Below, in pieces: positions 1 to 11,028 of a stretch of 64,000 nt of DNA. The notes below the pieces were generated by a model, which saw only the letters and a list, made by a program, of their open reading frames with translations, ran no database searches and was not told where the DNA came from. Each line of letters starts with the position of its first letter. Within the stretch, counting starts at the first letter, position 1. The stretch is from Saprolegnia diclina VS20 (Eukaryota). The stretch spans positions 419,474 to 483,473 of the forward strand of contig NW_008246091.1 of the NCBI RefSeq assembly GCF_000281045.1, written 5' to 3'. Position numbers and translations under genes: made by a program.

Positions 1-182
1 TCGTCAAAGTCACGCCTCTCTGTAACGCTAATGTCACCAGTGTGACTACGTGTGCATGAAAGTATGCATCGACTTCCCACGGTCAGTTCGCGGTTTTGAC
101 TCTTAGACCGGCTACCGCTGTGTGCCCTCGCGTGCCGCGCTTGGCGGAAAAAATGTCGTTATTCAATTATAGATAGATACGT

Positions 183-1436
183 CTACTTGAAGTCCATGAC
201 GGAGGCGGGGTACGCCTGCATGGGCAGGTCGCCACCAATCGCGCGCTCGAGCGTGGCGGCAACACTGGCTTCGTTCAAGGTGCCCGTGAGCACGCCGACG
301 CGAACGGCCTTGGGCTTGCCTCGGACAACGAGGAGCGTCGGCGCTCGCGGGACCTGAAGCTTGGAGAGGACGCGGCCTTGGTCCTTTTCGTGTACATAGA
401 CCACGTGGAGACCTCTCGACGCCTTGAACTTGGCGGCCGTAGCCTTGACGAGGTCCTTCGTCGCTGCCGACGCCTTGGTCGGGAGCACGAAGATGGCGCA
501 GAGCATGCTGGTTGCCTCGGCGTCCTTCCCGAGGTTGCAGAGCTTGCCTTGGTTGCCACCATGGAGCTCGTCGACGTCGCCGGCCGCGCGCTTGGCCCGC
601 AGTCGAGCTGCATACTTTTCAAAGGCAAAGTTATAGACGGCAAACTCGTCGAGATCGCCGTCGTAGGGCGTGAAGTCGCCGTGGTAGATGTAGCCAAAGT
701 TCGGGAAGGACGACCGGACGCCGTGGGTTTCGCAGAGCTCGGCGTGCTTGTCGCAGTCGACGGCGCCGACCTTGACGCGGCCGCGCAAATCCTTGGCAAT
801 CGACTCCATCACCGGCTTGAACTTGATGCATTTTTTGTCGGACGCGCGGTAAAACTGCACGAGCCACTCGTTCTTGGCGCGCTTGCCTGGAAATTTCTTG
901 GGCGAGAGCCGCACAACGTCCGACTCTTTGGCGTACAGCGGCGGCGGCGGCCCTTGCTGCTGCTGGTGCCCAAAGCCGCCAAAGCCGTCCATGCCACTGT
1001 TGAACTGAAACTCGTGGGGCTGGCCGCGTCCACGCTGGCCGCCGCCGCCACCGCTGCCAAAAAACTGGTTGAACATCTCGAACGGGTCGCCGCGAAACTG
1101 AAAGCCGCCGCCTCCAGAACGACCGCCTTGTGGATGCTGTTGCTGCTGCTGCTGCGGTCCGTCGGCGCCGTACAAATCGTACTCTTCCTTCTTCTTTGGG
1201 TCGCTCAGCACCTCGTAGGCTTCCGAGATTTCAAGAAATTTGGCCTGCGCTGTCTCGCGCTCGGCCTCGTCGACCTTGTCGGGATGGTACTTGAGCGCGA
1301 GCGTGCGGTAGGCCTTCTTGAGCTGCCGGTCGTTGAAGTTCTTGGCGACGCCGAGGATCTTGTAGTAGTCCTTGCCCGCGACCGCGAGCGCGACCAGCAC
1401 GCAGAGCATAAGCGTCGTCAAGCTGCGTCGTGCCAT
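183..1436 (-). CDS. Secretory-pathway DnaJ (Hsp40) protein with thioredoxin-like domain (ERdj3A/DNAJC16-like)
   Basis: Signal peptide, then J-domain (KDYYKILG...YHPDK), G/F-rich linker and thioredoxin-fold region (WLVQFY...VKVGAVDCD) without CxxC; intronless. Confidence 0.9.
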   Translation of the reverse strand: MARRSLTTLMLCVLVALAVAGKDYYKILGVAKNFNDRQLKKAYRTLALKYHPDKVDEAERETAQAKFLEISEAYEVLSDPKKKEEYDLYGADGPQQQQQQHPQGGRSGGGGFQFRGDPFEMFNQFFGSGGGGGQRGRGQPHEFQFNSGMDGFGGFGHQQQQGPPPPLYAKESDVVRLSPKKFPGKRAKNEWLVQFYRASDKKCIKFKPVMESIAKDLRGRVKVGAVDCDKHAELCETHGVRSSFPNFGYIYHGDFTPYDGDLDEFAVYNFAFEKYAARLRAKRAAGDVDELHGGNQGKLCNLGKDAEATSMLCAIFVLPTKASAATKDLVKATAAKFKASRGLHVVYVHEKDQGRVLSKLQVPRAPTLLVVRGKPKAVRVGVLTGTLNEASVAATLERAIGGDLPMQAYPASVMDFK

Positions 1437-2126
1437 CCAAGATCGCCCGAAAATCCAAATTCGAAAATGGCCTGCCGGTCGCGGCGGGCGCTATCCGGAT
1501 GCGGGTTTGTCGCACGTGGCATGCGCACACTCGTGTCCGGATAACGTGAGCCCAATGGCGTGGCGGATACGTGGCAGTCAACGGGCTCCGTTCTCTTGGC
1601 TTCAACGCGGCTTCGGCGAACGTTCGACACGTCACGACGCGTGGCATGCGTCATCGGGACGGCGAGACGCCAGCCCACGCGAGACACGCTTGGACAGTGC
1701 GTGGCTTGTGGACCGAACGCCACGGGCTGGGGCATGTTCTCGAAAAGTCTACCGTCGTCCGTTGTCACTGGAACAGTCAGGCATACATGTAGAGTGTCCT
1801 CACACGTCGAGCAATAGGGCTATGTCGACATTTGACTCTAGTCAAACACTCGACTAGAGTCGAACGCTCTGCCACCTGAGCTGGTTGGTAGGACGTTGGA
1901 GCGCCTTACATGTAGCAATTCGCCCGACAGCCTGCGATCAAGCCTCTATCTGTATGCACGGGACGTGCGTGCACTGTAGGCTTTTGTCAACTCCATTTAC
2001 TTGCGCCACGGGGTTTGCACTACACTGTCGATAGCATCGGGTTTGTCTTGGATGGCACTGCACGGGTTTGTGAAACGGAACCATTCGCGCACCGGTTACA
2101 TTTCTTAACACGACAACAGTGCGCCG

Positions 2127-5100
2127 ATGCTTGTTTGGCCAGACAGTGACCACTGCGGTCAACTGCGCTCGCCTCGTCGTCACCGGTTGCGCGGCTTTTC
2201 CGGCTTTGCCTACGCTACCACTTGCATCGCGATCACCTTTGTCTTTGGCTACTGGACCCAGTCGTACCTCGAGGCTGACGCCTTTTGGCCCGGTTGGCAG
2301 TCGATGCACACTGCACTACCGCTTTCGGGCATAGTACGAGGGCGACTGCTACTAGACCCCAGTTGGCCGTCGTTGGACCTCACGGCACTCGCGTTGGCGC
2401 CAAGCGACGCGATGGGCACGCCGCCCGCGTACCCCCGGCGCCTCATGTACCAAGACTTGACGTCGCTGCACGCCGCCGTCGTCGGGCTCCGGGCGCTTCA
2501 CACATCGCACCTCTCGACCATGGTGTCGGCGTACTGCTGGGCAGATCTCGACCGGCGCTGGGCGCTTGGCCACACGGCCGCACGCCAAATGCGCTGCGAG
2601 AGCCATTATGCCTCGAACGCTGCCGTCTACTTGGAAGCGATACTGCGCAACGTCGATGTGGCGACATGGAATGACGTGGCACGCTTCCAGGGCATGATCG
2701 GCGACCCTATCGCCTCGTCGTCAGCCGACGGACTCGCCTGGGTCGCATCCCTCGACGACGTTCCGCGGCGCTCGATCGACGACGAAGTCGGCGTGTGGCA
2801 ACAGCATGGCTGCACGTCGTTCACATTGCAGTGGGCCAATCGACTGCAAATCGGGCTTCACGACACCGTGCTCTTGCGCAGCGCGCTCGGAATCGACCAG
2901 CCGCTCGTGTTGCATGCGCTACCATCGACAGCGCTTGGCATGGCGTGGGTCTCGTCGTACTTGACGTCGTGCCTCGACAACGCCTTTAGTGCAGCGTACA
3001 ACCGCAGTCTCGTGCGCAACACGTCCAACTTTTTCGGCCACAAGGAGCCGTCGTTGATTGAAGAGTTCAACGTTGGAACGCCGTTGTCACCCATTTTCCA
3101 AGTTGTCCACAATGTCATTGGACCGCTGGGGGCGATTGATCTCTACTGGGTTCCCGTGCCGCCGCCGTTAATCGCAGCGATCGAGCTCTTCCGATTGCTC
3201 GTACGAACGTCGCCCGTCGCCGCGTCACTAACACTGCATCCGACTCCCCGACGCTGGGCGTCTCCCGCGCTGCGCTTTGTGAGCGGCAACCCCATGTGCA
3301 TTCAAGGGACACCCGTGCCGTTAGTTATCGAGTCGTTCGGATTCGACGACGGTTGTGCGGGCGCGGCACCGCTCACGGTTGTCATTCACGGCCTGAGCGG
3401 TCTCTTTGGGCTGTGGCTGCTCCAGGATGCCGAGACCATCGACGAGATCTGCGCGCTTGTTCCAACAGACACCGCGTGCAAGACGTATCTTGCAGCGCTA
3501 ATGCCAGTGCTTTCGTCGCTGCCGCCACCACCGCCGCTGACTGCGACGCTCGCGGCCGTCAACCTGACGCTACTTCAGTTTATCGACACGGCAAGTGTAA
3601 ATACGACCAGCGCGGAGCTACAGCTGGAGGCGCAGACATTGCTCGAGCCATCGTGGGCGTTCTTTGGGTGGACTATGATATACGACTGGGCGCATCTGTC
3701 GCGCGAAGCCGTCTCGTTCCAAGGCGACGTGCGCACGATAAACGCGTTGTCGGCGGCATATGCCCCAGTTATCGCCCTTGAGGCGACAACGACGCTACCC
3801 ACGTGGGTGCGTTTCCTTCGTATCGCCAACGTGCTCTTCAGCCTCGGTCTCGCGCTCGTCGGTGGCGTGGCCTTGGCGTTTCTTTGCTGTCAACCGCACG
3901 CGGCGCGATGGCACCTCTTTCCGCGCATTGCGACCGGCGTCTGGTTCAATAGAGGTCTCTTGAGTCTCCGGAGCCTCACGGCCGTCGTGTGTCTCTCGAC
4001 CGCACCCATCTTTCCAGTCGCCGATGCACCAACCCAGTCAACGCGGCTCGTATTTGAGCCCCGGAATCTCGCCACGTCCTGCGTTTTGGCCATCGAGGCG
4101 ACGTGGGTGCTCTACAGCGTACACGACGTTATGCACCCTGTCTGCGGCCGCCACACCAACACTCGTGCCGCGATAGCCTGTGCGATTGCATTTTTGGCAG
4201 TTGCGTGCCTCGATGTGATCTCGCCCGTCCAAGTGGCCGCGTCGCTAAACCGGGTGTGCTCATCTGTGGACATGGACACGATGCTCTACTGCACCAGCGG
4301 CGTCATCACCATCGGACACATGTCGCGCTGCCTTGTACTCGGCCTCATATTGGTGCTCTCGGTGTGTCTCGCGCATCTCGTGCCGCTACCAACGACGATC
4401 AAACCGAGTCATACACCCAGCTTGGCGCTGCCGCTGGCGCTCGTGTCCGACGTGCAAGATCATAGCGACCGCAAAGTCGTGTCGCTGGACCGCGCGACGG
4501 CCGCGATGAGCGGCATCTTTCAGCTGCGCCGCCGCACAATCTTTGATTCCAAGCTCTGGCGACCGATCCCGTCGCCGGCGCTCGATACGTTCGTGTCGCT
4601 GCCCGACTGCGGCACCGCGCCGCTGCGAGGACCGACGTTGCAGCCAAAAATGTCCCGCTGCGCGCGCTTCGAGCAAGTGAGCGTTGCACTCGGTGGCCTT
4701 GGCTTCTTGGTTACGTCGCTCCTAAGTAACGTGCTGTACGCTCAGAAAGCCTCCTCGTACTTGGCCAACGACTATGGCTGGGCTGGGTTCAACACGACGG
4801 GCGCCCGGGTGTTTGTGGCCAACGTGGTCAACGAAGCTCTGCTCTCGATGCGCGCGTGCAGCGACTTTGCGCTCGACTCACCAAGCATCGGCACGATCAA
4901 TCAACGCTACAATGGCTCGGCGACCGACATCACGTGGGCCGCGTCCATGGCCCGACGCCAGTTGTACCAACCCGAGACGTCGCTCGTCGACATCATTTCG
5001 GGGCTTCGCGCCATGAGTCCGTGCAACTTACCGGCAATGTTTACGCAGTACTGCTACCTCGACTTTGGCCAGACGTGGGAGATGGCGTCAACGACCAAGC

Positions 5101-7265
5101 GGCAAGCACGCTGTGTTCTGCAGCGTTCGAATGGCGCACTCTTTCTCGAAAGTGCCTTGCGCAACCTGAACGACTGGGGCGTCTGGGAGCGCTGTTGGGG
5201 CGACGCCTTTGCGATTGGGATTACGGCTCCGCTCACCACGACGTTGGACGGTCAAGCATGGCTACAGCAGGTGCGATCAGCTTACGCTTTTTCGGTCGAC
5301 GACGAAGCCGCGTACTGGCAACGCCACGGCATCGAATCGTTTGTGCTGCAGTGGCAAAACTTCAAGACCCTTGGTATGGTGGACACGATGGTGGTAACGT
5401 CCGCGCTCGGGCTCTCATCGTCTCTGTATCTCAGTACGTCGCGCAGCAAGCTGCATTGGCAGCAGCAGACCTCCGCCAAGATGTACTGGTCGTTTGCGAG
5501 CGACCTCTGGGCAATCACGTCCAATACCACAGCGGTTCGTGGTCGTACCTTGCTGCGGCACAGCGCGGACTTTGCCTTTTCAAATGTGACGAGCGAATCA
5601 CTCTTGCAGTCGAACATGACGCTCCCAACGCCGCTGACGCAAGGCTTGGCAATCGTTCGAGACGCCATCAGTCCTTTCAACGCCGTCGACATGATCTATG
5701 TACCATGCCCAGCTGCCTTGCAGCGCGTGTACCGTGACGCCACGACGTCATTGGCATCCGTGCTCGTGACCAACGAGGCGGCCCAAGCTGCGTTTGTGCC
5801 CTTATTGACCGCCGAGTTCACGGACATGCTGCCGATTCCATCCAGTGCACTTGCGTCGACGTCAAGAACTGTCGGCGGCAACCTACTCTGTGGCGACGAC
5901 TTCCCGCCGTACCTGCTCTCCTTGGGCTTTGGCTGTTTCTTTGGCCCGGACAACATGTGCCACGCCTATTTCAGCGAGTACATTTCGCTCGACATGACCC
6001 ATACCCTCGTGGCCCTTCTGGCGACGCAAGACCCAACGCTGGACGGAGACGCTATTTGCTATAACGACGCTCTCGCCCACCCCGATTGCCCGACCCTCTA
6101 TACATCGGCGTCGTTGTTTCTAGCTACGTTTGTGCCAAGCTTGGATCCGCCCTCGGACGCCGCCTTGGACGCTGTTCAAGCACTGGACGTGGAGCTGGTG
6201 CAATTCGTTGCCGTCGATGAGAATCGATCCTTGCCGCTGCAATTGTACCGCCACCCGCTCGTTCTACCCTCCGATCGACCGTGGCGCTTTTATACGTGGG
6301 TCTACCTCGTGCAGTGGGCCGCGGGCGCCCGCGACGTCGTGTCGTTTCAAGGCGACAACGGACGCATCACGACACTCTCAACGCAGTCCCGGCCGCTGAC
6401 GATGTCGCCGGACGTGAACGACATTCCCAACTCGGTCTCGCGCTTCTTCCTCCTCGCGGTACAGTACGTGACGATGGTGCTCATCAGCGTTGCGCTTATC
6501 GCGACGCTCGTGGCGCTACGCCACTTCCCGATCACGAACGGCCTCAACCTCATGGAGCTCAACCGCGTCGTGGGCCACGTTTGGATTGGGCGCTCGTGGC
6601 TGCTCGCCCGCAGCATCTCGGCGCAGTGGCTCCTGCATACGAGCACACTCCGCCTCGACCAAGTCGGCATCGGTACGCGCTTTGTCTCGCCGCCGCTCGA
6701 CTGGTTCACGACCATGCTCGCCGGCGGCGAAAGCACATGGTTTGTCTACATCCTCAACGACCTCTTGAGCTGCGTGTCTCGGCAATGGACCTTTGCGTAT
6801 GCGTTCAAGAGCGCGCTGGTCGCGTGGAGCGCCACGTCATTGTGGGTCACGCTTGTGCCGGCCACGTACACGGCGACTGTACACCGGCAGTGTACATTGG
6901 TCGAGATGGACCTCGCGTTGACGTGTGTGAGTGCGCACGTGCAGATTGGTGACGCCACGCGCGTCGGCGTCGGGTTTGCTCTCGGCCTTGCCGCCGTGCT
7001 CCTCTGCCTTGGCATCGAGCGCTACCGCCTCCGCGATTTACCGCCGCTGACTGTGACGTCGACGACGCTCCTCAACGCAACGAGTTTGCACATGCTCATG
7101 ACGACGCCCGACGGCCTCCTGGATCCTGCGTCCGGCATTTTGGCCGGTCTCTTTACCGTTCGTGTCGGTGACACGCTGCACATCTTTGACGTCAAGTGCT
7201 GGCGCCATGTGGTGGTCACAGTCGACAGCCTGGCGCCGGCGCTCATTCCGCTGCGTGACGTCTGA
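2127..7265 (+). CDS. Giant multi-pass membrane protein of unknown function, two internal homologous halves (Saprolegniales-type family)
   Basis: 1712-aa ORF; motifs occur twice (YCWAD..W...QMRC / YCYLD..W...QARC; REAVSFQGD / RDVVSFQGD; IFDSKLWR / IFDVKCWR), each followed by hydrophobic segments. Exact start uncertain. Confidence 0.8.
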   Translation: MLVWPDSDHCGQLRSPRRHRLRGFSGFAYATTCIAITFVFGYWTQSYLEADAFWPGWQSMHTALPLSGIVRGRLLLDPSWPSLDLTALALAPSDAMGTPPAYPRRLMYQDLTSLHAAVVGLRALHTSHLSTMVSAYCWADLDRRWALGHTAARQMRCESHYASNAAVYLEAILRNVDVATWNDVARFQGMIGDPIASSSADGLAWVASLDDVPRRSIDDEVGVWQQHGCTSFTLQWANRLQIGLHDTVLLRSALGIDQPLVLHALPSTALGMAWVSSYLTSCLDNAFSAAYNRSLVRNTSNFFGHKEPSLIEEFNVGTPLSPIFQVVHNVIGPLGAIDLYWVPVPPPLIAAIELFRLLVRTSPVAASLTLHPTPRRWASPALRFVSGNPMCIQGTPVPLVIESFGFDDGCAGAAPLTVVIHGLSGLFGLWLLQDAETIDEICALVPTDTACKTYLAALMPVLSSLPPPPPLTATLAAVNLTLLQFIDTASVNTTSAELQLEAQTLLEPSWAFFGWTMIYDWAHLSREAVSFQGDVRTINALSAAYAPVIALEATTTLPTWVRFLRIANVLFSLGLALVGGVALAFLCCQPHAARWHLFPRIATGVWFNRGLLSLRSLTAVVCLSTAPIFPVADAPTQSTRLVFEPRNLATSCVLAIEATWVLYSVHDVMHPVCGRHTNTRAAIACAIAFLAVACLDVISPVQVAASLNRVCSSVDMDTMLYCTSGVITIGHMSRCLVLGLILVLSVCLAHLVPLPTTIKPSHTPSLALPLALVSDVQDHSDRKVVSLDRATAAMSGIFQLRRRTIFDSKLWRPIPSPALDTFVSLPDCGTAPLRGPTLQPKMSRCARFEQVSVALGGLGFLVTSLLSNVLYAQKASSYLANDYGWAGFNTTGARVFVANVVNEALLSMRACSDFALDSPSIGTINQRYNGSATDITWAASMARRQLYQPETSLVDIISGLRAMSPCNLPAMFTQYCYLDFGQTWEMASTTKRQARCVLQRSNGALFLESALRNLNDWGVWERCWGDAFAIGITAPLTTTLDGQAWLQQVRSAYAFSVDDEAAYWQRHGIESFVLQWQNFKTLGMVDTMVVTSALGLSSSLYLSTSRSKLHWQQQTSAKMYWSFASDLWAITSNTTAVRGRTLLRHSADFAFSNVTSESLLQSNMTLPTPLTQGLAIVRDAISPFNAVDMIYVPCPAALQRVYRDATTSLASVLVTNEAAQAAFVPLLTAEFTDMLPIPSSALASTSRTVGGNLLCGDDFPPYLLSLGFGCFFGPDNMCHAYFSEYISLDMTHTLVALLATQDPTLDGDAICYNDALAHPDCPTLYTSASLFLATFVPSLDPPSDAALDAVQALDVELVQFVAVDENRSLPLQLYRHPLVLPSDRPWRFYTWVYLVQWAAGARDVVSFQGDNGRITTLSTQSRPLTMSPDVNDIPNSVSRFFLLAVQYVTMVLISVALIATLVALRHFPITNGLNLMELNRVVGHVWIGRSWLLARSISAQWLLHTSTLRLDQVGIGTRFVSPPLDWFTTMLAGGESTWFVYILNDLLSCVSRQWTFAYAFKSALVAWSATSLWVTLVPATYTATVHRQCTLVEMDLALTCVSAHVQIGDATRVGVGFALGLAAVLLCLGIERYRLRDLPPLTVTSTTLLNATSLHMLMTTPDGLLDPASGILAGLFTVRVGDTLHIFDVKCWRHVVVTVDSLAPALIPLRDV

Positions 7266-7405
7266 TCGTCACGTGTCGCGGTGACGTGGCAGTGCAAGCG
7301 ACGTCCCTGCGTTGCTTCTTTGGCACGGTCCGAGGACCAGATGCATAAGCTGTGTATTCCCAAGTAGTGTCGAGACAACGCTGCATGCTTAATCGAGGCA
7401 GCCTG

Positions 7406-8169
7406 TTATCGACTTAGAATCTGCAGATGCGTGGTCACAAACGCATGGACGCGGTTGAGCTCGGCGGTGTCGACCGTGTGGCCCAGCGCCGGGTACGCAA
7501 CGAAGTCGCAGGCAATGCCGTGCGCGTGCAGGAGCTCGTTCGACTGCTTGCCGAACGTCAACGGCACGAGCGTGTCCTTCGCGCCATGACACTGTAGGCC
7601 AGGCGTATTGGGCGACCGGGCGTGGAACGACGACGCCATCGGGAGATACCCGCTCAGGAAGACGCCGCATGCCAACGGGAACGTCAAGAGGCGGTAGCAC
7701 GTGTGCATGGCGACGGCGGCGCCTTGGCTAAAGCCGACGACCGCGATCTTACTCGGCGGAACGCCCCGCGCGATCTCTGCCTGAATGAGCTTGGCGAGCA
7801 TGTTGGCTGCGCGCTGGATGCCGACTTCGTCCTCGCGGTCCTATGCGTACGTCGCAGGTTGGCCGACGATGACCGGGTGGTAGGTACCTGTGGGCGAAGG
7901 CCGAGGATGTCGTACCACGCCGGCATCTGCATGCCGCCATTGAGCGTCACGCGTCGCGTCGGCGCAGTCGGGAAGATGTACTTGACCCCGCCGAGCGGGC
8001 CCAGCGTGGTGACGTGGCGATGCCACGACTGCCCCGTGTCGCCGAGCCCGTGGAGCCAGATGACCGTGGCGACGTGGTCGCCTTGGGGCGCGATGACGAC
8101 CCGGCGGTCCCAGTCGTCGTCGTCAATCGGCGCTTGGTCGTACCCGAAGGCGGTGCAGACGTTGCCCAT
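7406..8169 (-). CDS. Acyl-protein thioesterase / phospholipase-carboxylesterase (LYPLA/APT family)
   Basis: VIWLHGLGD, MPAWYDI, GFSQG nucleophile, HGAKD and GH catalytic motifs; one intron ~7842-7887; starts MGNVC. Confidence 0.92.
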
Positions 8170-9090
8170 CGTGGTGCTTGCCGCGGAGCGCAATGTTTCG
8201 GCGCAATTTATACCCTCGTGACATAAGTACGCACCCCACCCGGGTCCCTTGTAATTGCAGCTCGGCACCATCTGGTCGTGCGTTTCTTGAAGCCACCGTT
8301 TTCATGGGCCCGGGCCGGGTCCCTCCAAACACACGACCGACGCACCCTATCACTTTCACCGCGGCTGTCTCCTGTCAGCCGCGCCATAGCCACGACGTTG
8401 ACGTAGAGTCGAGGGCGCATCATGTACTGCGATAGAGAATCCTACCATGACTACTGTGCAAGGCTACTCTAGCGTTGTCCCAGACGTTGAAGCTGCCGCA
8501 TTGCGCGCGCCCATTCGACAGGCGATTGTCGACCCATCACGCATCTTCTTCGACGCTTCTTCCGAGCCCCGTCGTCCCATCCGACGCCTCCATTTTCGCT
8601 GCATTTCCATCGAAGCAAGAACGACTGGTGGCCCAAGTTTCGATTTCGAGGGTAGAGGGCAAAAGAAATGATGGGCCCAACACTCCGCGCCAAGGCCGCG
8701 CCGCTCCGCGTTGGGTGGCTTTCTCCATCTATCTTTACCCACGTGGTACAACCGCAAGCCCTATTTATACCTCGTCGTTTAAACGCCTCTGCGCGTTGAT
8801 TGGTGAAAAGGCCGCGCCATTTTGGGCATCACGCCGTTTGATTGGACCATTTGGATCGGTTTCAAAATTTAAATCGGCGCGATGTATTTTTATTGTTTCA
8901 TAAAAAAATACTCGACAAGATCGCGGGGGTGCTCATTGGCTGGGACGACACCCCCTTCTCTTTGTCCCGATGCATACAAAAACCAAGTGTACTTGGGCAA
9001 AGGGAGGGGCCATCGAGGTAGGGTTGGGAGAAGTGGAAGGTTTCGTGCCGGGGCACAGGGCTCGGGGAATGGCTGGGACTCGTCTGGAGC

Positions 9091-9106
9091 GCTCATTTTC
9101 AAAAGG
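9091..9106 (+). promoter_or_regulatory. Oomycete initiator (Inr)-like element of beta-tubulin, with upstream CCAAT boxes
   Basis: GCTCATTTTC at 9091 matches the oomycete Inr GCTCATTY; ATTGG at ~8799, 8841 and 8936. Confidence 0.55.
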
Positions 9107-9192
9107 GAAAGAAAGCAGCGACAGCAGGTACATGCATCGACGACCTCATCCACCTCCGGAAGCATGGCGGCTCATGCAACTCTTCCTCGTAG

Positions 9193-10539
<1,347 letters not shown>

Positions 10540-11028
10540 ATGAAATCAACGAGGTTTCTCTCACTGCATTGGGTCTCGTATATTTACAAGTACAATACAC
10601 TGCGCGAAGGGGCCTCGTCCTTTGGCTTTGTTTTTGTCAGCCTTCTGTCTCGTCAATATGGAGCCCAAGGCGCCCCCACGCGTCCCTTGCGCATGGCTCT
10701 ACAGGAGCACCCAATGGCCTCATGGGCTGGCCACACGGACGAAGGATCTGTGGCCGGCTAGCTTCCATGTGGACAGGCGGCTGGAGGTCGATGATCGAGT
10801 GTATCACACGTCCGCTCCTGGGTGCATGTCGACGCATGAGATGGAAGCGCAGCGTGATGGACTGCGAACGGTCGCGGCTTCTTAGTCGGTTGTGGCATTC
10901 CTGCCGTTAGTCGTTTAGTCGAGGAATCTTCTGTGGGAATCTTCCAGCCGAAGTGATTGTGGGCGGGTTTCATCCAAGCCGCCCGAGCGGACAACTCGGC
11001 AGTTTGCCCACTCGATGGCAAAAAGAGC

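Noticed and set aside
8447..8671. 74-aa ORF upstream of beta-tubulin
   Set aside because: No recognisable domain; lies in a divergent promoter region.
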